Positions 17,410 through 25,157 of a stretch of 36,790 nucleotides of DNA are shown piece after piece. Position 1 is the first letter of the stretch. Every line of letters starts with the position of its first letter. The notes under the pieces are model-generated. The model ran no database searches, was not told the DNA's origin, and saw only the letters and a program-made list of their open reading frames with translations. Made by a program: the position numbers and the translations under genes. The stretch lies in assembly GCA_964540505.1 (NCBI GenBank), contig CAZING010000004.1, forward strand, positions 2,321-39,110, read 5' to 3'. The stretch is from an uncultured Cellvibrionaceae bacterium (GTDB lineage: Bacteria > Pseudomonadota > Gammaproteobacteria > Pseudomonadales > Cellvibrionaceae).

Positions 17410-18465
17410 ATGAAAGTAGGGCTGTTGACCGGAGGCGGCGATTGCGCCGGCCTTAACGCTGCGCTAGGGGCTGCAGCGCAATGTCTGATTCACAATGGCG
17501 TCGAGACTTTAATCGGTTTCGAGGATGGCTTTCTTGGTTTGATCGAAAAACGCTGCCGCACTTTGGGCCGTGATGACGTGAGTACGATTATCTCCGAGGG
17601 CGGCACCATACTTGGAAGCTGCAACAAAGCCTCGCCTTCTAATCACTACGGCGAAAACCGTGTTCCCGATGTGGTCGAGTATTATCGAAGCCTCGGTCTG
17701 GACGGTATTGTAGCAATAGGCGGGGACGGCACTATGTCGATGTGTCACGAACTGTCCGAACACGGTCTTAATTTTATCGGTGTACCCAAGACCATCGACA
17801 ACGACATAGTCGATACCGACCAGACGTTCGGTTTTGATTCGGCCGTAACCGTGGTGATGGAGGCCATGGACCGATTGCACACCACGGCGCGCAGCCACCG
17901 CCGCACTATGGTGCTTGAAACCATGGGCCGTTACGCCGGTTGGATCGCGCTTTACGCTGGTATCGCGGGCAATGCCAATATCGTATTGATTCCCGAGATT
18001 CCATTTTCACTAGACAAAGTTGCCAGAATTATCAACGAACGTAGGGCTCGACGCCTGCACACGCTGATAGTCGTGGCCGAAGGGGCCAGCGTCGCGGGCG
18101 GCACCCAGGTGATCAGTCAGAATGTCGCAGACAGTCCGGACCCGATACGTCTCGGGGGTATCGGTCGATTCCTGCAACAGCAATTGGAAAAGGTCATCGA
18201 TTGTGAAATACGCTCAATGAGTTTGGGTCATATCCAGCGCGGCGGCGCACCGACTTCCGCCGACCGCATTCTTGCCACCGTTTACGGGTACCGCGCGGCG
18301 CGCCTGGCACTAGAAGGCCGGTGGGGACGCATGGTGAGTTTGCACAACGGTACCTATACGGATATCCCAATCGGCAGCGTCGCGAATAAAACCCGTACCA
18401 TACCCGAAGATCATTTGTTAATTAAAACCGCTCGGGAATGCGGCATCAGTTTCGCCGCGCCTTAA
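17410..18465 (+). CDS. pfk: 6-phosphofructokinase, short PfkA-family type (phosphoryl donor unresolved)
   Basis: The 351-aa ORF carries GGGDCAGLNA, IGGDGT, PKTIDNDI, TMGR and GHIQRGG. AGGAG lies upstream of the ATG. Confidence 0.9.
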   Translation: MKVGLLTGGGDCAGLNAALGAAAQCLIHNGVETLIGFEDGFLGLIEKRCRTLGRDDVSTIISEGGTILGSCNKASPSNHYGENRVPDVVEYYRSLGLDGIVAIGGDGTMSMCHELSEHGLNFIGVPKTIDNDIVDTDQTFGFDSAVTVVMEAMDRLHTTARSHRRTMVLETMGRYAGWIALYAGIAGNANIVLIPEIPFSLDKVARIINERRARRLHTLIVVAEGASVAGGTQVISQNVADSPDPIRLGGIGRFLQQQLEKVIDCEIRSMSLGHIQRGGAPTSADRILATVYGYRAARLALEGRWGRMVSLHNGTYTDIPIGSVANKTRTIPEDHLLIKTARECGISFAAP

Positions 18466-18491
18466 AACACGTGCAACACCTGTCGCCGACC

Positions 18492-18520
18492 AGACACCGC
18501 CAAACGGCGGTGTCTTTGGT
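18492..18520 (+). terminator. hairpin between convergent pfk and the CAP-domain gene; possible terminator
   Basis: A perfect 10-bp stem agacaccgcc/ggcggtgtct with loop aaac (18492..18515) is followed only by a weak ttggt tail. Confidence 0.4.
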
Positions 18521-18602
18521 AAATAGAATTGCCGAAGTGTTGTAACGTATCAAAGCGTCGCGCTACGGTCGGCGGCTATTGCGCGCGAGCAGCATTCGCC
18601 GC

Positions 18603-19529
18603 TCAACGCGGGGTGGCGAAGTTCTGAGTCCAGTAGCGTTTGTAATAGGTCTCGGACTCGTACAGGTAGGCGGAGCCGAATTCGCGGTAATTCGGCGACA
18701 TAATATTCTGACAATGGCCGGGTGAGTCGAGTAAGCCCGTCATGGCTTCGCCCACGGTGCGTTGTCCGGCAGCCAAATTCTCGCCCACAAAACGCCAAAA
18801 ATAGCCGGTGCGGTTCACCCGTTCGCCGACATTCGAACCGTCGCTGCCGGCGTGGGCAAAAAAATCGTGCTCGGTCATATCTTGCGTGTGGCGAATCGAC
18901 GACTCCTGAAGGTGGCAACTCCACTGTAAACGATGAGTGGCGGGGTAGTACTGGTCGCCGCAATCGCGCGGACTTTGGCGGGCGGCATTGACCGCGCCCA
19001 GCATCTCGACGTCCAACCCCGACATGCAAAGATCAATAACCTCTTGTGAAGTCGTATAGACGTCGCCAATGGTGGTGAATTGCCAGTGCTGGGCAGCATT
19101 TGCCAGGGTTAAACCTTCGGCGGACATAAGATCCTCTGACAAATAGACGTCGTAGGTGCGCGACGGTTGCAGCAGGTTGGTCGGCTGAAATTCCAAACGG
19201 TTGTCGGCAAGGCGTCGCACGCTGCCTGCGACCGGCTCTTGGCCATAAGACAGCCGGATCAGGTTTTGCAAATTCTGACCGGTAAGCAAATCGGCATCGA
19301 ACAAGACCGTGACGCGTGTCACCAGCGCGATCCGCTCGTCATTGACGCTCGGAAAGGCAGCGGTGACGTTGAGACGACCTTCCTCCGGCGGCGCGGGTGG
19401 TGCGGCCGAGGGCGGCGGGGGTACTTCGGTACTTGGAGGCTCGGGTGTTTGGGGAGTTGCGGGCGTGCTGTTAGAGTTTGAGTCGCAGGCGCCGAGCAGG
19501 CAAACAATCGTGAACCAAAGCGCACTCAT
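18603..19529 (-). CDS. lipoprotein with a Pro-rich linker, an SbsA-type Ig-like domain and a C-terminal CAP/SCP (PR-1-like) domain
   Basis: This is track ORF 18603..19652. The best start is the ATG at 19529 (MSALWFTIVCLLGAC, lipobox LLGAC). The order is then a Pro/Ser/Thr linker (PATPQTPEPPSTEVPPPPSAAPPAPP), an Ig-like segment (VTVLFDADL...YDVYLSEDLMSAEG) and a CAP block (FFAHAGSDGSNVGERV...GENLAAG...SPGHCQNIMSPNYREFG). Confidence 0.8.
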   Translation of the reverse strand: MSALWFTIVCLLGACDSNSNSTPATPQTPEPPSTEVPPPPSAAPPAPPEEGRLNVTAAFPSVNDERIALVTRVTVLFDADLLTGQNLQNLIRLSYGQEPVAGSVRRLADNRLEFQPTNLLQPSRTYDVYLSEDLMSAEGLTLANAAQHWQFTTIGDVYTTSQEVIDLCMSGLDVEMLGAVNAARQSPRDCGDQYYPATHRLQWSCHLQESSIRHTQDMTEHDFFAHAGSDGSNVGERVNRTGYFWRFVGENLAAGQRTVGEAMTGLLDSPGHCQNIMSPNYREFGSAYLYESETYYKRYWTQNFATPR

Positions 19530-19749
19530 TGGCACTGACAATCGTCTTGTTATGTATCTATACATTCCCAAATACCTCATTCGGTTCTGGACGAATTGCG
19601 TCCCGATGGGCTGCAGCTTTGTAAAGCTTGCACCTAAATCAAAATCCGGCAAGCCCCGGGCGTCGCCGCTCAGCGTTCATTTGGACCTCTAAACTGCCCT
19701 TTTTGCTGATATTGAGGCGCCAAATATTTCCTCTCGTGCAAGATCCGGG

Positions 19750-20091
19750 CTAAAGACACGGTATTAAGACCAAAGCGGGGGCGCCAACAGAAAGCGTCGC
19801 GAAGGCGGCCACCGAATGAAGGATCGCGCCCAAACGGGCGACAAATATTTGGGAGACTCTGGCATTTTGCGCGTCGCGCTTGAGCCATCGCCAATTGCGC
19901 CAAGCGAGTCCGAACAAAGCCGTTGCGACCAAGAGCGTGAACAGCAGCACCAAGAGGTTCGTCCAGCCAATGCCGGAAGCGGTTGCGCCATAGAGGCACC
20001 CAAGAGACAGCCCCGCGTAGAGCGCAACAAAGTAGAGACTCCAAATAATCAAACCGAGAGCGAGTTGTAAAAGATGGTAGGGCGCGAACAT
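19750..20091 (-). CDS. hypothetical 113-aa polytopic membrane protein, translationally coupled to the oxidase subunit I/III gene
   Basis: This is track ORF 19750..20175. The ATG at 20091 overlaps the upstream TAA (TAATG). The product MFAPYHLLQLALGLIIWSLYFVALYAG... has 3-4 hydrophobic helices. I recognise no family. Confidence 0.6.
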   Translation of the reverse strand: MFAPYHLLQLALGLIIWSLYFVALYAGLSLGCLYGATASGIGWTNLLVLLFTLLVATALFGLAWRNWRWLKRDAQNARVSQIFVARLGAILHSVAAFATLSVGAPALVLIPCL

Positions 20092-22610
20092 TATTGAGGC
20101 GCTCCTGCCAGCATCGGCATAAGAATAACGGCGCCATAGATCAGCCAGAACACCCCGGTGGTGTAATACCACCAACGGGCCACGACCACGGGTTCATAGG
20201 GCGCATTAAGGCCGACAAAACCCAGTCGAACACGCCAGGCCTGGAGCGCGGTCATAATCACAGCCAGCGCGCTGTGCGCCAGTTGATAGTAAAGCATGAC
20301 GGTGATCACCGCATCGTGCGAGGTGGCTTTCGGAGCGAGGCTGGACGTTTGCCATAAGAAAATGGAAAGCGCCAGGTGCACGGCGCCAATTCCTGTGACC
20401 CACCAAAGGTGTTGCAGCAGGTGAGGGGCCGCGTCGCGGCGCAAACGCTTTACTGTGTACCGCAACCAGACAGTCGCGAAGCTCAAAAGCGCCCCCGAGG
20501 CCAACCAAGGTGCGAAGTGGAGCGGCGGTTGGGTGGGCAGCTGCCAAGCCGGCGCTACGGTCCAAAGATAAAACCAACCAAAGAGCATGGCTAAAAACAA
20601 CGAGCCGTTCGCGAGCAGTGTCACGCCCATGCCCCAGAGACCGGGACCGTCATGGGTGCGCGAGTGCAAGGGCGGGTCGCCTTCGACCACGCGGGCATCG
20701 GGCGCCGCGTTCGGGTGCGCGCCGTTTTCCCAAGACCAGCGCAACAGCAGGACGACACTCACCACCGTCATGATTAGGCCCAGCCAATACACCTTAGTCA
20801 GCAAACTCAAGCACACACCCGCCACCGCCAGTGCGGCAAAAAAGGGCAGCCAAGAGTTGCCCGGCAGATGGATGATCTCGCGCACGCGGCCGGTGAGCGG
20901 GTCGGTGCCCCAGGTCTCACGGCGCCCGTGATCGATAGCGGTGAGCCCGTGGCGGCCCTCGGCGATTGTTTGGGGCAGATCGGGGTGGTCCCATAGCGGG
21001 TGACGGCTGGCGCATTTGGGTAGGCTGACAAAGTTATAGGCGCTAGGGGGTAGGGAGGTCGCCCACTCGAGCGTGTCGGCGCCCCAGGGGTTGGTGGTGT
21101 TGGCTTTCTCGCCGAAACGAAAATGCAGAATAATATCCAGCAAGCAAACCGCGATGCCGCCGGCCATAATAAAGCCGCCGAGGGACGAGATCAGGTTGGG
21201 TAGGTCCCAACCGAGTCCGGCATCGTAGGTGTAGATGCGTCGCGGCATGCCCAGCAGGCCGGTGAGGTGCATAATCAGAAACGTGACGTTAAAGCCGATA
21301 AACACCAGCCAGAACCCCCAGCGAGATAAGCTGTGTGACGGCAGTCGACCCGAAAAGTGTGGCAACCAGTAGTAGACCCCAGCCATTAATGGAAAAAACA
21401 TGCCGCCGACGAGCACATAATGGAAGTGGGCCACGACGAAATGCGTGTCGTGTACCTGCCAGTTGAAAGGCGCGAGTGCGAGCATCACGCCGGTCAAACC
21501 CCCGGCGACAAAAATAACCAAAAACCCCAACAGCCATAGCATCGGAATCTGATAAACCGGACGACCCTGCCACAGTGTGGCGAGCCAGGCGAACACCTGT
21601 ATGGAGGTCGGTATCGCCACCAACATACTGGCCGCCGAAAAGAACGCCTGCGCGAGCTGCGGAATGCCGACGGTGAACATATGGTGAACCCAAAGCCCGA
21701 AGCTGATAAACCCGGTGATGATGATGGCGAGGACCACCCAGCCATAACCCACTATGGGGCGCCCGGCAAAAACCGGCAAAATGGTCGAGACTATGCCCGC
21801 AGCCGGCAGAAAAATAATGTAGACCTCCGGGTGACCGAACAGCCAGAAAAGGTGCTGCCAGAGGACCGGGTCGCCGCCTCGGGCAACATCAAAGAAGGGC
21901 ATGTCGGCGGCGCGTTCGAGCTCTAGCAAGATACTGCCGAGAATCAGCGGCGGAAACCCGAACACAATCATCAGCGCCATCGCAAGAATGTACCAGGCGA
22001 ACAACGGCATTTGATGCAGCGCCATATTCTCGGTGCGGGTACGCATGATCGACACCACCAACTCGACCCCTGCCGAGACCGCTGAAATTTCCACGAACGT
22101 AATACCGAGTAGCCAAAAATCGGACCCTGGCCCCGGGTTGTAGGCGATGCTGCTGAGCGGCGTGTACATAAACCAGCCACTGGCCGGCGCGATTTCCCAG
22201 ATTAGGCTCGACGTCAGAATGATGCCGCCAAACAGGTAACACCAGTACCCGAATGAGCTGAGCCGTGGAAACACCAGATCCCGCGCGCCGATCATTTTGG
22301 GAATCAGATAAATCGCTAAGCCCTCGAGCACCGGCACCGCAAACAAAAACATCATAAGGGTGCCGTGCATGGTGAACACCTGACTGTAAAGCTCCGGAGT
22401 TAGGAGCGTCTGGCCCGGCAGCGCGAGTTGCGTGCGAATCAACATCGCCAACAAGCCGCCAATGATAAAAAAGACGGCGCCGGTCACCATAAAGCGCAAG
22501 CCGATAGTGGAGTGGTTGACGATTGTCAGTGCCAACAGCCCCCGGGGGTTACCCCAAACCTTGTTGAGTTCGCGATGCGTGTCGTGGCTGGCGGGGTTGA
22601 TGTCAGTCAT
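20091..22610 (-). CDS. ctaD: haem-copper cytochrome c oxidase, subunit I fused to subunit III
   Basis: This is track ORF 20091..22631. The ATG at 22610 overlaps the coxB stop (ATGA). Subunit I ligand blocks are present (WLFGHPEVYIIFLP, WVHHMFTVG, VAHFHYVL). A C-terminal extension of about 250 aa with further TM helices stands in place of a separate subunit III. Confidence 0.95.
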   Translation of the reverse strand: MTDINPASHDTHRELNKVWGNPRGLLALTIVNHSTIGLRFMVTGAVFFIIGGLLAMLIRTQLALPGQTLLTPELYSQVFTMHGTLMMFLFAVPVLEGLAIYLIPKMIGARDLVFPRLSSFGYWCYLFGGIILTSSLIWEIAPASGWFMYTPLSSIAYNPGPGSDFWLLGITFVEISAVSAGVELVVSIMRTRTENMALHQMPLFAWYILAMALMIVFGFPPLILGSILLELERAADMPFFDVARGGDPVLWQHLFWLFGHPEVYIIFLPAAGIVSTILPVFAGRPIVGYGWVVLAIIITGFISFGLWVHHMFTVGIPQLAQAFFSAASMLVAIPTSIQVFAWLATLWQGRPVYQIPMLWLLGFLVIFVAGGLTGVMLALAPFNWQVHDTHFVVAHFHYVLVGGMFFPLMAGVYYWLPHFSGRLPSHSLSRWGFWLVFIGFNVTFLIMHLTGLLGMPRRIYTYDAGLGWDLPNLISSLGGFIMAGGIAVCLLDIILHFRFGEKANTTNPWGADTLEWATSLPPSAYNFVSLPKCASRHPLWDHPDLPQTIAEGRHGLTAIDHGRRETWGTDPLTGRVREIIHLPGNSWLPFFAALAVAGVCLSLLTKVYWLGLIMTVVSVVLLLRWSWENGAHPNAAPDARVVEGDPPLHSRTHDGPGLWGMGVTLLANGSLFLAMLFGWFYLWTVAPAWQLPTQPPLHFAPWLASGALLSFATVWLRYTVKRLRRDAAPHLLQHLWWVTGIGAVHLALSIFLWQTSSLAPKATSHDAVITVMLYYQLAHSALAVIMTALQAWRVRLGFVGLNAPYEPVVVARWWYYTTGVFWLIYGAVILMPMLAGAPQ

Positions 22611-23599
22611 TGGTCGAGGGTTTCCAGCCAAGTGGCAATGGCGTTGAGTTCCTGGGGTGTCGAGGCGCGGTGTCCGGGCGACTCGGCGTTCGGTTTATGA
22701 CTGGGATGGGTTTGCAGCCATTCGAAAATACTCATATCCTCCTGGGCGCGGCGGCCGCTGCCCGACAGCCGCCTGGCACCGATATTGCTGAGATCCGGCG
22801 CGGGGAATTGGCCGGAGGCTTGGGCGCCCGCGCTGACACCGCTGATGGCGTGGCAATGGCCGCACTGGTCGTTGAACGCGTCGGCGGCGGGTTGGTGCTC
22901 GGCGGCAACGGCGACAGGTTGCTGCCGCTGTTGCAGCCAAGCGGCAAAATCCGGTTGCGCAAGGACGTGCACGCGAAAGATCATATGGGCGTGACCTGTG
23001 CCGCAGAATTCGGCACACTGTCCGCGCCAAACGCCCGTTTTTGTGGCTTCCAGACGGATGCGGTTAACGCGCCCGGGAATTAAATCGATTTTGCCGCCGA
23101 GGCTTGGCACCCAAAACGCGTGAATGACATCTTCGGCGCTGCCGTAGAATTCAATGGGCCGGTCTTTAGGCAAGTACAGCTGGTTGGCCGTGGTCACACC
23201 GGCCTCGGGGTAGTGAAATTGCCACCACCACTGCCGCGCCGTTACGTTTATGCGAAGCGGTTCGGCGGCGCTCGGTAGAGTCGCTACATGCTGCCCGGCG
23301 GGCAGACCCACCGCCAGCAATACCGAGACACTAGCCAAAGGCAGTAAAATGCCGCCCGCGAGCACCCAGGGGTGTCTTCGATCTTCGCCACTGGACTCGT
23401 ATGCACGCGTGGGTTTGCGGCGCATGGCCCAAATCCACAGGCCGCACACGAGTACCAAAACCACGGCCGAGAACCCGAACATGCCCCACCATAATCGGGC
23501 GATTGTTTGCGCGGCGGGGCCAGCCGGGTCCAGCGCCGATTGCGGGCCGGAGCAGCCGGAGGCGATAATCGTCAGAAGAGGTGGGCCAAGCAAACCCAT
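22607..23599 (-). CDS. coxB: cytochrome c oxidase subunit II with a fused C-terminal cytochrome c domain
   Basis: This is track ORF 22607..24154. Homology starts near MGLLGPPLLTIIASGC (ATG at 23599). An alternative ATG at 23638 adds MCHALLQRKFKKT. It has the CuA site HAFWVPSLG...CAEFCGTGHAHM and the haem c motif CGHCH. The 5' 550 nt of the track ORF is not protein-like. Confidence 0.9.
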   Translation of the reverse strand: MGLLGPPLLTIIASGCSGPQSALDPAGPAAQTIARLWWGMFGFSAVVLVLVCGLWIWAMRRKPTRAYESSGEDRRHPWVLAGGILLPLASVSVLLAVGLPAGQHVATLPSAAEPLRINVTARQWWWQFHYPEAGVTTANQLYLPKDRPIEFYGSAEDVIHAFWVPSLGGKIDLIPGRVNRIRLEATKTGVWRGQCAEFCGTGHAHMIFRVHVLAQPDFAAWLQQRQQPVAVAAEHQPAADAFNDQCGHCHAISGVSAGAQASGQFPAPDLSNIGARRLSGSGRRAQEDMSIFEWLQTHPSHKPNAESPGHRASTPQELNAIATWLETLDQ

Positions 23600-23629
23600 T
23601 GTTTTTTTAAACTTTCGCTGGAGCAGCGC

Positions 23630-24085
23630 ATGGCACATTCCCCCATTCCCAGTCGCATGGCCGTGGCCGGACACCCCATCCACCCTATGTTGATTCACTT
23701 TCCTGTGGCAGCCTTGATGGCGCTGGTCGGTACCGATGTTGCGTTTATTCTTACCGGTGACGTCTTCTGGGCCAGAGCGGGCCTGTGGCTCGCGGGTGTG
23801 GGTGCATTCGGCGGCTGGTTCGCCGGTGTGATCGGCATGGTCGATTTGTTCACAGTGGCGAAAATACGGCGGTTGATGACCGCTTCGAGCCATGCGATAG
23901 TCGCCGTGATGTTGCTGTCGGCGGCCTCGTGCAACTGGTTGTTGCGTTACAACGACCTCACCGGTTGGGTGCAACCCTGGGGCTTGTGTGTGTCTCTTGT
24001 GACCGCCTTGTTGATCGCACTGGCCGGTATCTTGGGCGGGCAACTGGTCTACGAACATGGGGTGGGGGTGGATACCGAATCCTAA
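23630..24085 (+). CDS. DUF2231-family integral membrane protein
   Basis: This is track ORF 23507..24085. The ATG at 23630 is preceded by GGAG (23620..23623) with a 6-nt spacer. The N-terminal GHPIHPMLIHFPVA motif and 4 TM helices are characteristic of DUF2231. Confidence 0.75.
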   Translation: MAHSPIPSRMAVAGHPIHPMLIHFPVAALMALVGTDVAFILTGDVFWARAGLWLAGVGAFGGWFAGVIGMVDLFTVAKIRRLMTASSHAIVAVMLLSAASCNWLLRYNDLTGWVQPWGLCVSLVTALLIALAGILGGQLVYEHGVGVDTES

Positions 24086-24107
24086 AAGGTCGACCGTTCG
24101 TGACATG

Positions 24108-24536
24108 TCAGAGCCCCTGCATGGGTTTGGCAAGCACCAGCCCGACAATCGCAATCATCAGCCCGGATACCACCAGAACCAGTAATAAGCAATGGCTCGC
24201 ACGCGTGGGCTGCGCGTTGTTTTCGGCGCGAACCACGATCGGTGCCAACAGCAAATGCCCGAATACCAAAAGTGTCACCAAGCCCAGTTTGATCACAAGC
24301 CAAGCTTGGGCTATGCCGTATGCCAGAAACACCAGGGTGCCAGACATAATGGCTGCCAAAGCGGCGGGCGTGGCCACCAAGGTGTAAATAGCGCGCGGCA
24401 TAAGGCGCTTTTGGGCGATGATGTCGGTGTCCACCTGGGGCTTGCGGGCGCGGGCAATCATCAAGGCCGGTAAGTAGATCAACGCGGCACACCAACAGAG
24501 CAAAGCGGTGATGTGTAGCAACAATAGCCAGGGCAT
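24108..24536 (-). CDS. HemJ/CopD-like small integral membrane protein
   Basis: The 142-aa ORF has 4 helices. The N-terminus MPWLLLLHITALLCWCAALIYLPALM resembles the LHIxxxxxWFAGLFYLPRLF opening of HemJ (UPF0093) and CopD-type proteins. The match is by eye only. AGGA lies 8 nt upstream of the ATG. Confidence 0.55.
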   Translation of the reverse strand: MPWLLLLHITALLCWCAALIYLPALMIARARKPQVDTDIIAQKRLMPRAIYTLVATPAALAAIMSGTLVFLAYGIAQAWLVIKLGLVTLLVFGHLLLAPIVVRAENNAQPTRASHCLLLVLVVSGLMIAIVGLVLAKPMQGL

Positions 24537-25078
24537 CTAAATATCCTAAAAATAAAATTCGTTCCGCTGTCTCGGGCCTCGGCGGAGCTTCGGGGCGTGT
24601 CATTCATCGCGCAATTTATTAACGCAGAACCTGTTTTCGATGCCTGCGCCGCTTCGCGCTTGTCGCGTTCTGAGCTTCCTAAAAGGAAGCATCGAAGGGC
24701 TCGGTCGTGGCGGCTTCATTTTTTGCGAAACTCTAAGCCGAGCTTTGCTAAACAAGAATGAGGCCATGATCGAGGAAAGTGTTTAAATCGCGCAATTTTT
24801 TTCAAGCGTCTCGGACTGAATCCGAGTTCGCACGGTCAGGAGGCCCCTGGATTTAGGACACGTGTGCCCAGCGTTCGCGCGAAACCGAAGCTGCAAACGA
24901 AAGACGCCGCAAGGTGTGCGCGCTGCGCCGCGCTCTGGCGGGCTCGATTTGAAGTGGGCTCGGCCTTTGCTACGGCTCAACAAGGATGGCGAAAGCGTTG
25001 GGGCTCGTCATGCGCGCGCAATCGCTTTAATCTGCCTAACAACTGCTGCAAACTGTTGCCCGTGCAAGCGCCAACTTA

Positions 25079-25138
25079 TTTTTTGCAAACGCGCGCGCAA
25101 TTGCGTTTTTTGCAAAAAGGTTGTGCCAAAGATACAAA
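25079..25138 (+). promoter_or_regulatory. palindrome cluster and candidate promoter upstream of pgm
   Basis: The elements are TTTTTTGCAAA (25079..25089, containing the palindrome TTTGCAAA), CGCAATTGCG (25096..25105, a perfect 10-bp palindrome) and TTTTTGCAAAAA (25107..25118, a perfect 12-bp palindrome). TTGCAA (25110..25115) plus 17 bp plus TACAAA (25133..25138) could be a -35/-10 pair overlapping the last palindrome. Confidence 0.3.
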
Positions 25139-25157
25139 TTTTATTGGAGTCATCAGC

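Noticed and set aside
23600-24154. The 5' 185 codons of track ORF 22607..24154, which would give a 515-aa subunit II
   Set aside because: The extension (MRLSGWCLPNPCRGSDMSRTVD...HQGCHRKVNQHR) is His/Arg/Gln-rich and not protein-like. It runs antisense through the well-supported DUF2231 gene. Subunit II homology starts only at the signal peptide near 23599/23638.
23785-24387. A 200-aa plus-strand ORF spanning the DUF2231 3' end and the HemJ-like gene
   Set aside because: It is an alternative frame of DUF2231 and antisense to the 24108..24536 membrane protein. Its composition is Arg/Gly-rich and it has no start context. The two hydrophobic membrane-protein frames explain the region better.
24864-25157. 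A 98-codon in-frame extension upstream of pgm
   Set aside because: Homology to E. coli Pgm begins exactly at the ATG at 25158, which has a GGAG SD. The extension is Arg/Cys/Ala-rich and covers the palindrome-rich leader.
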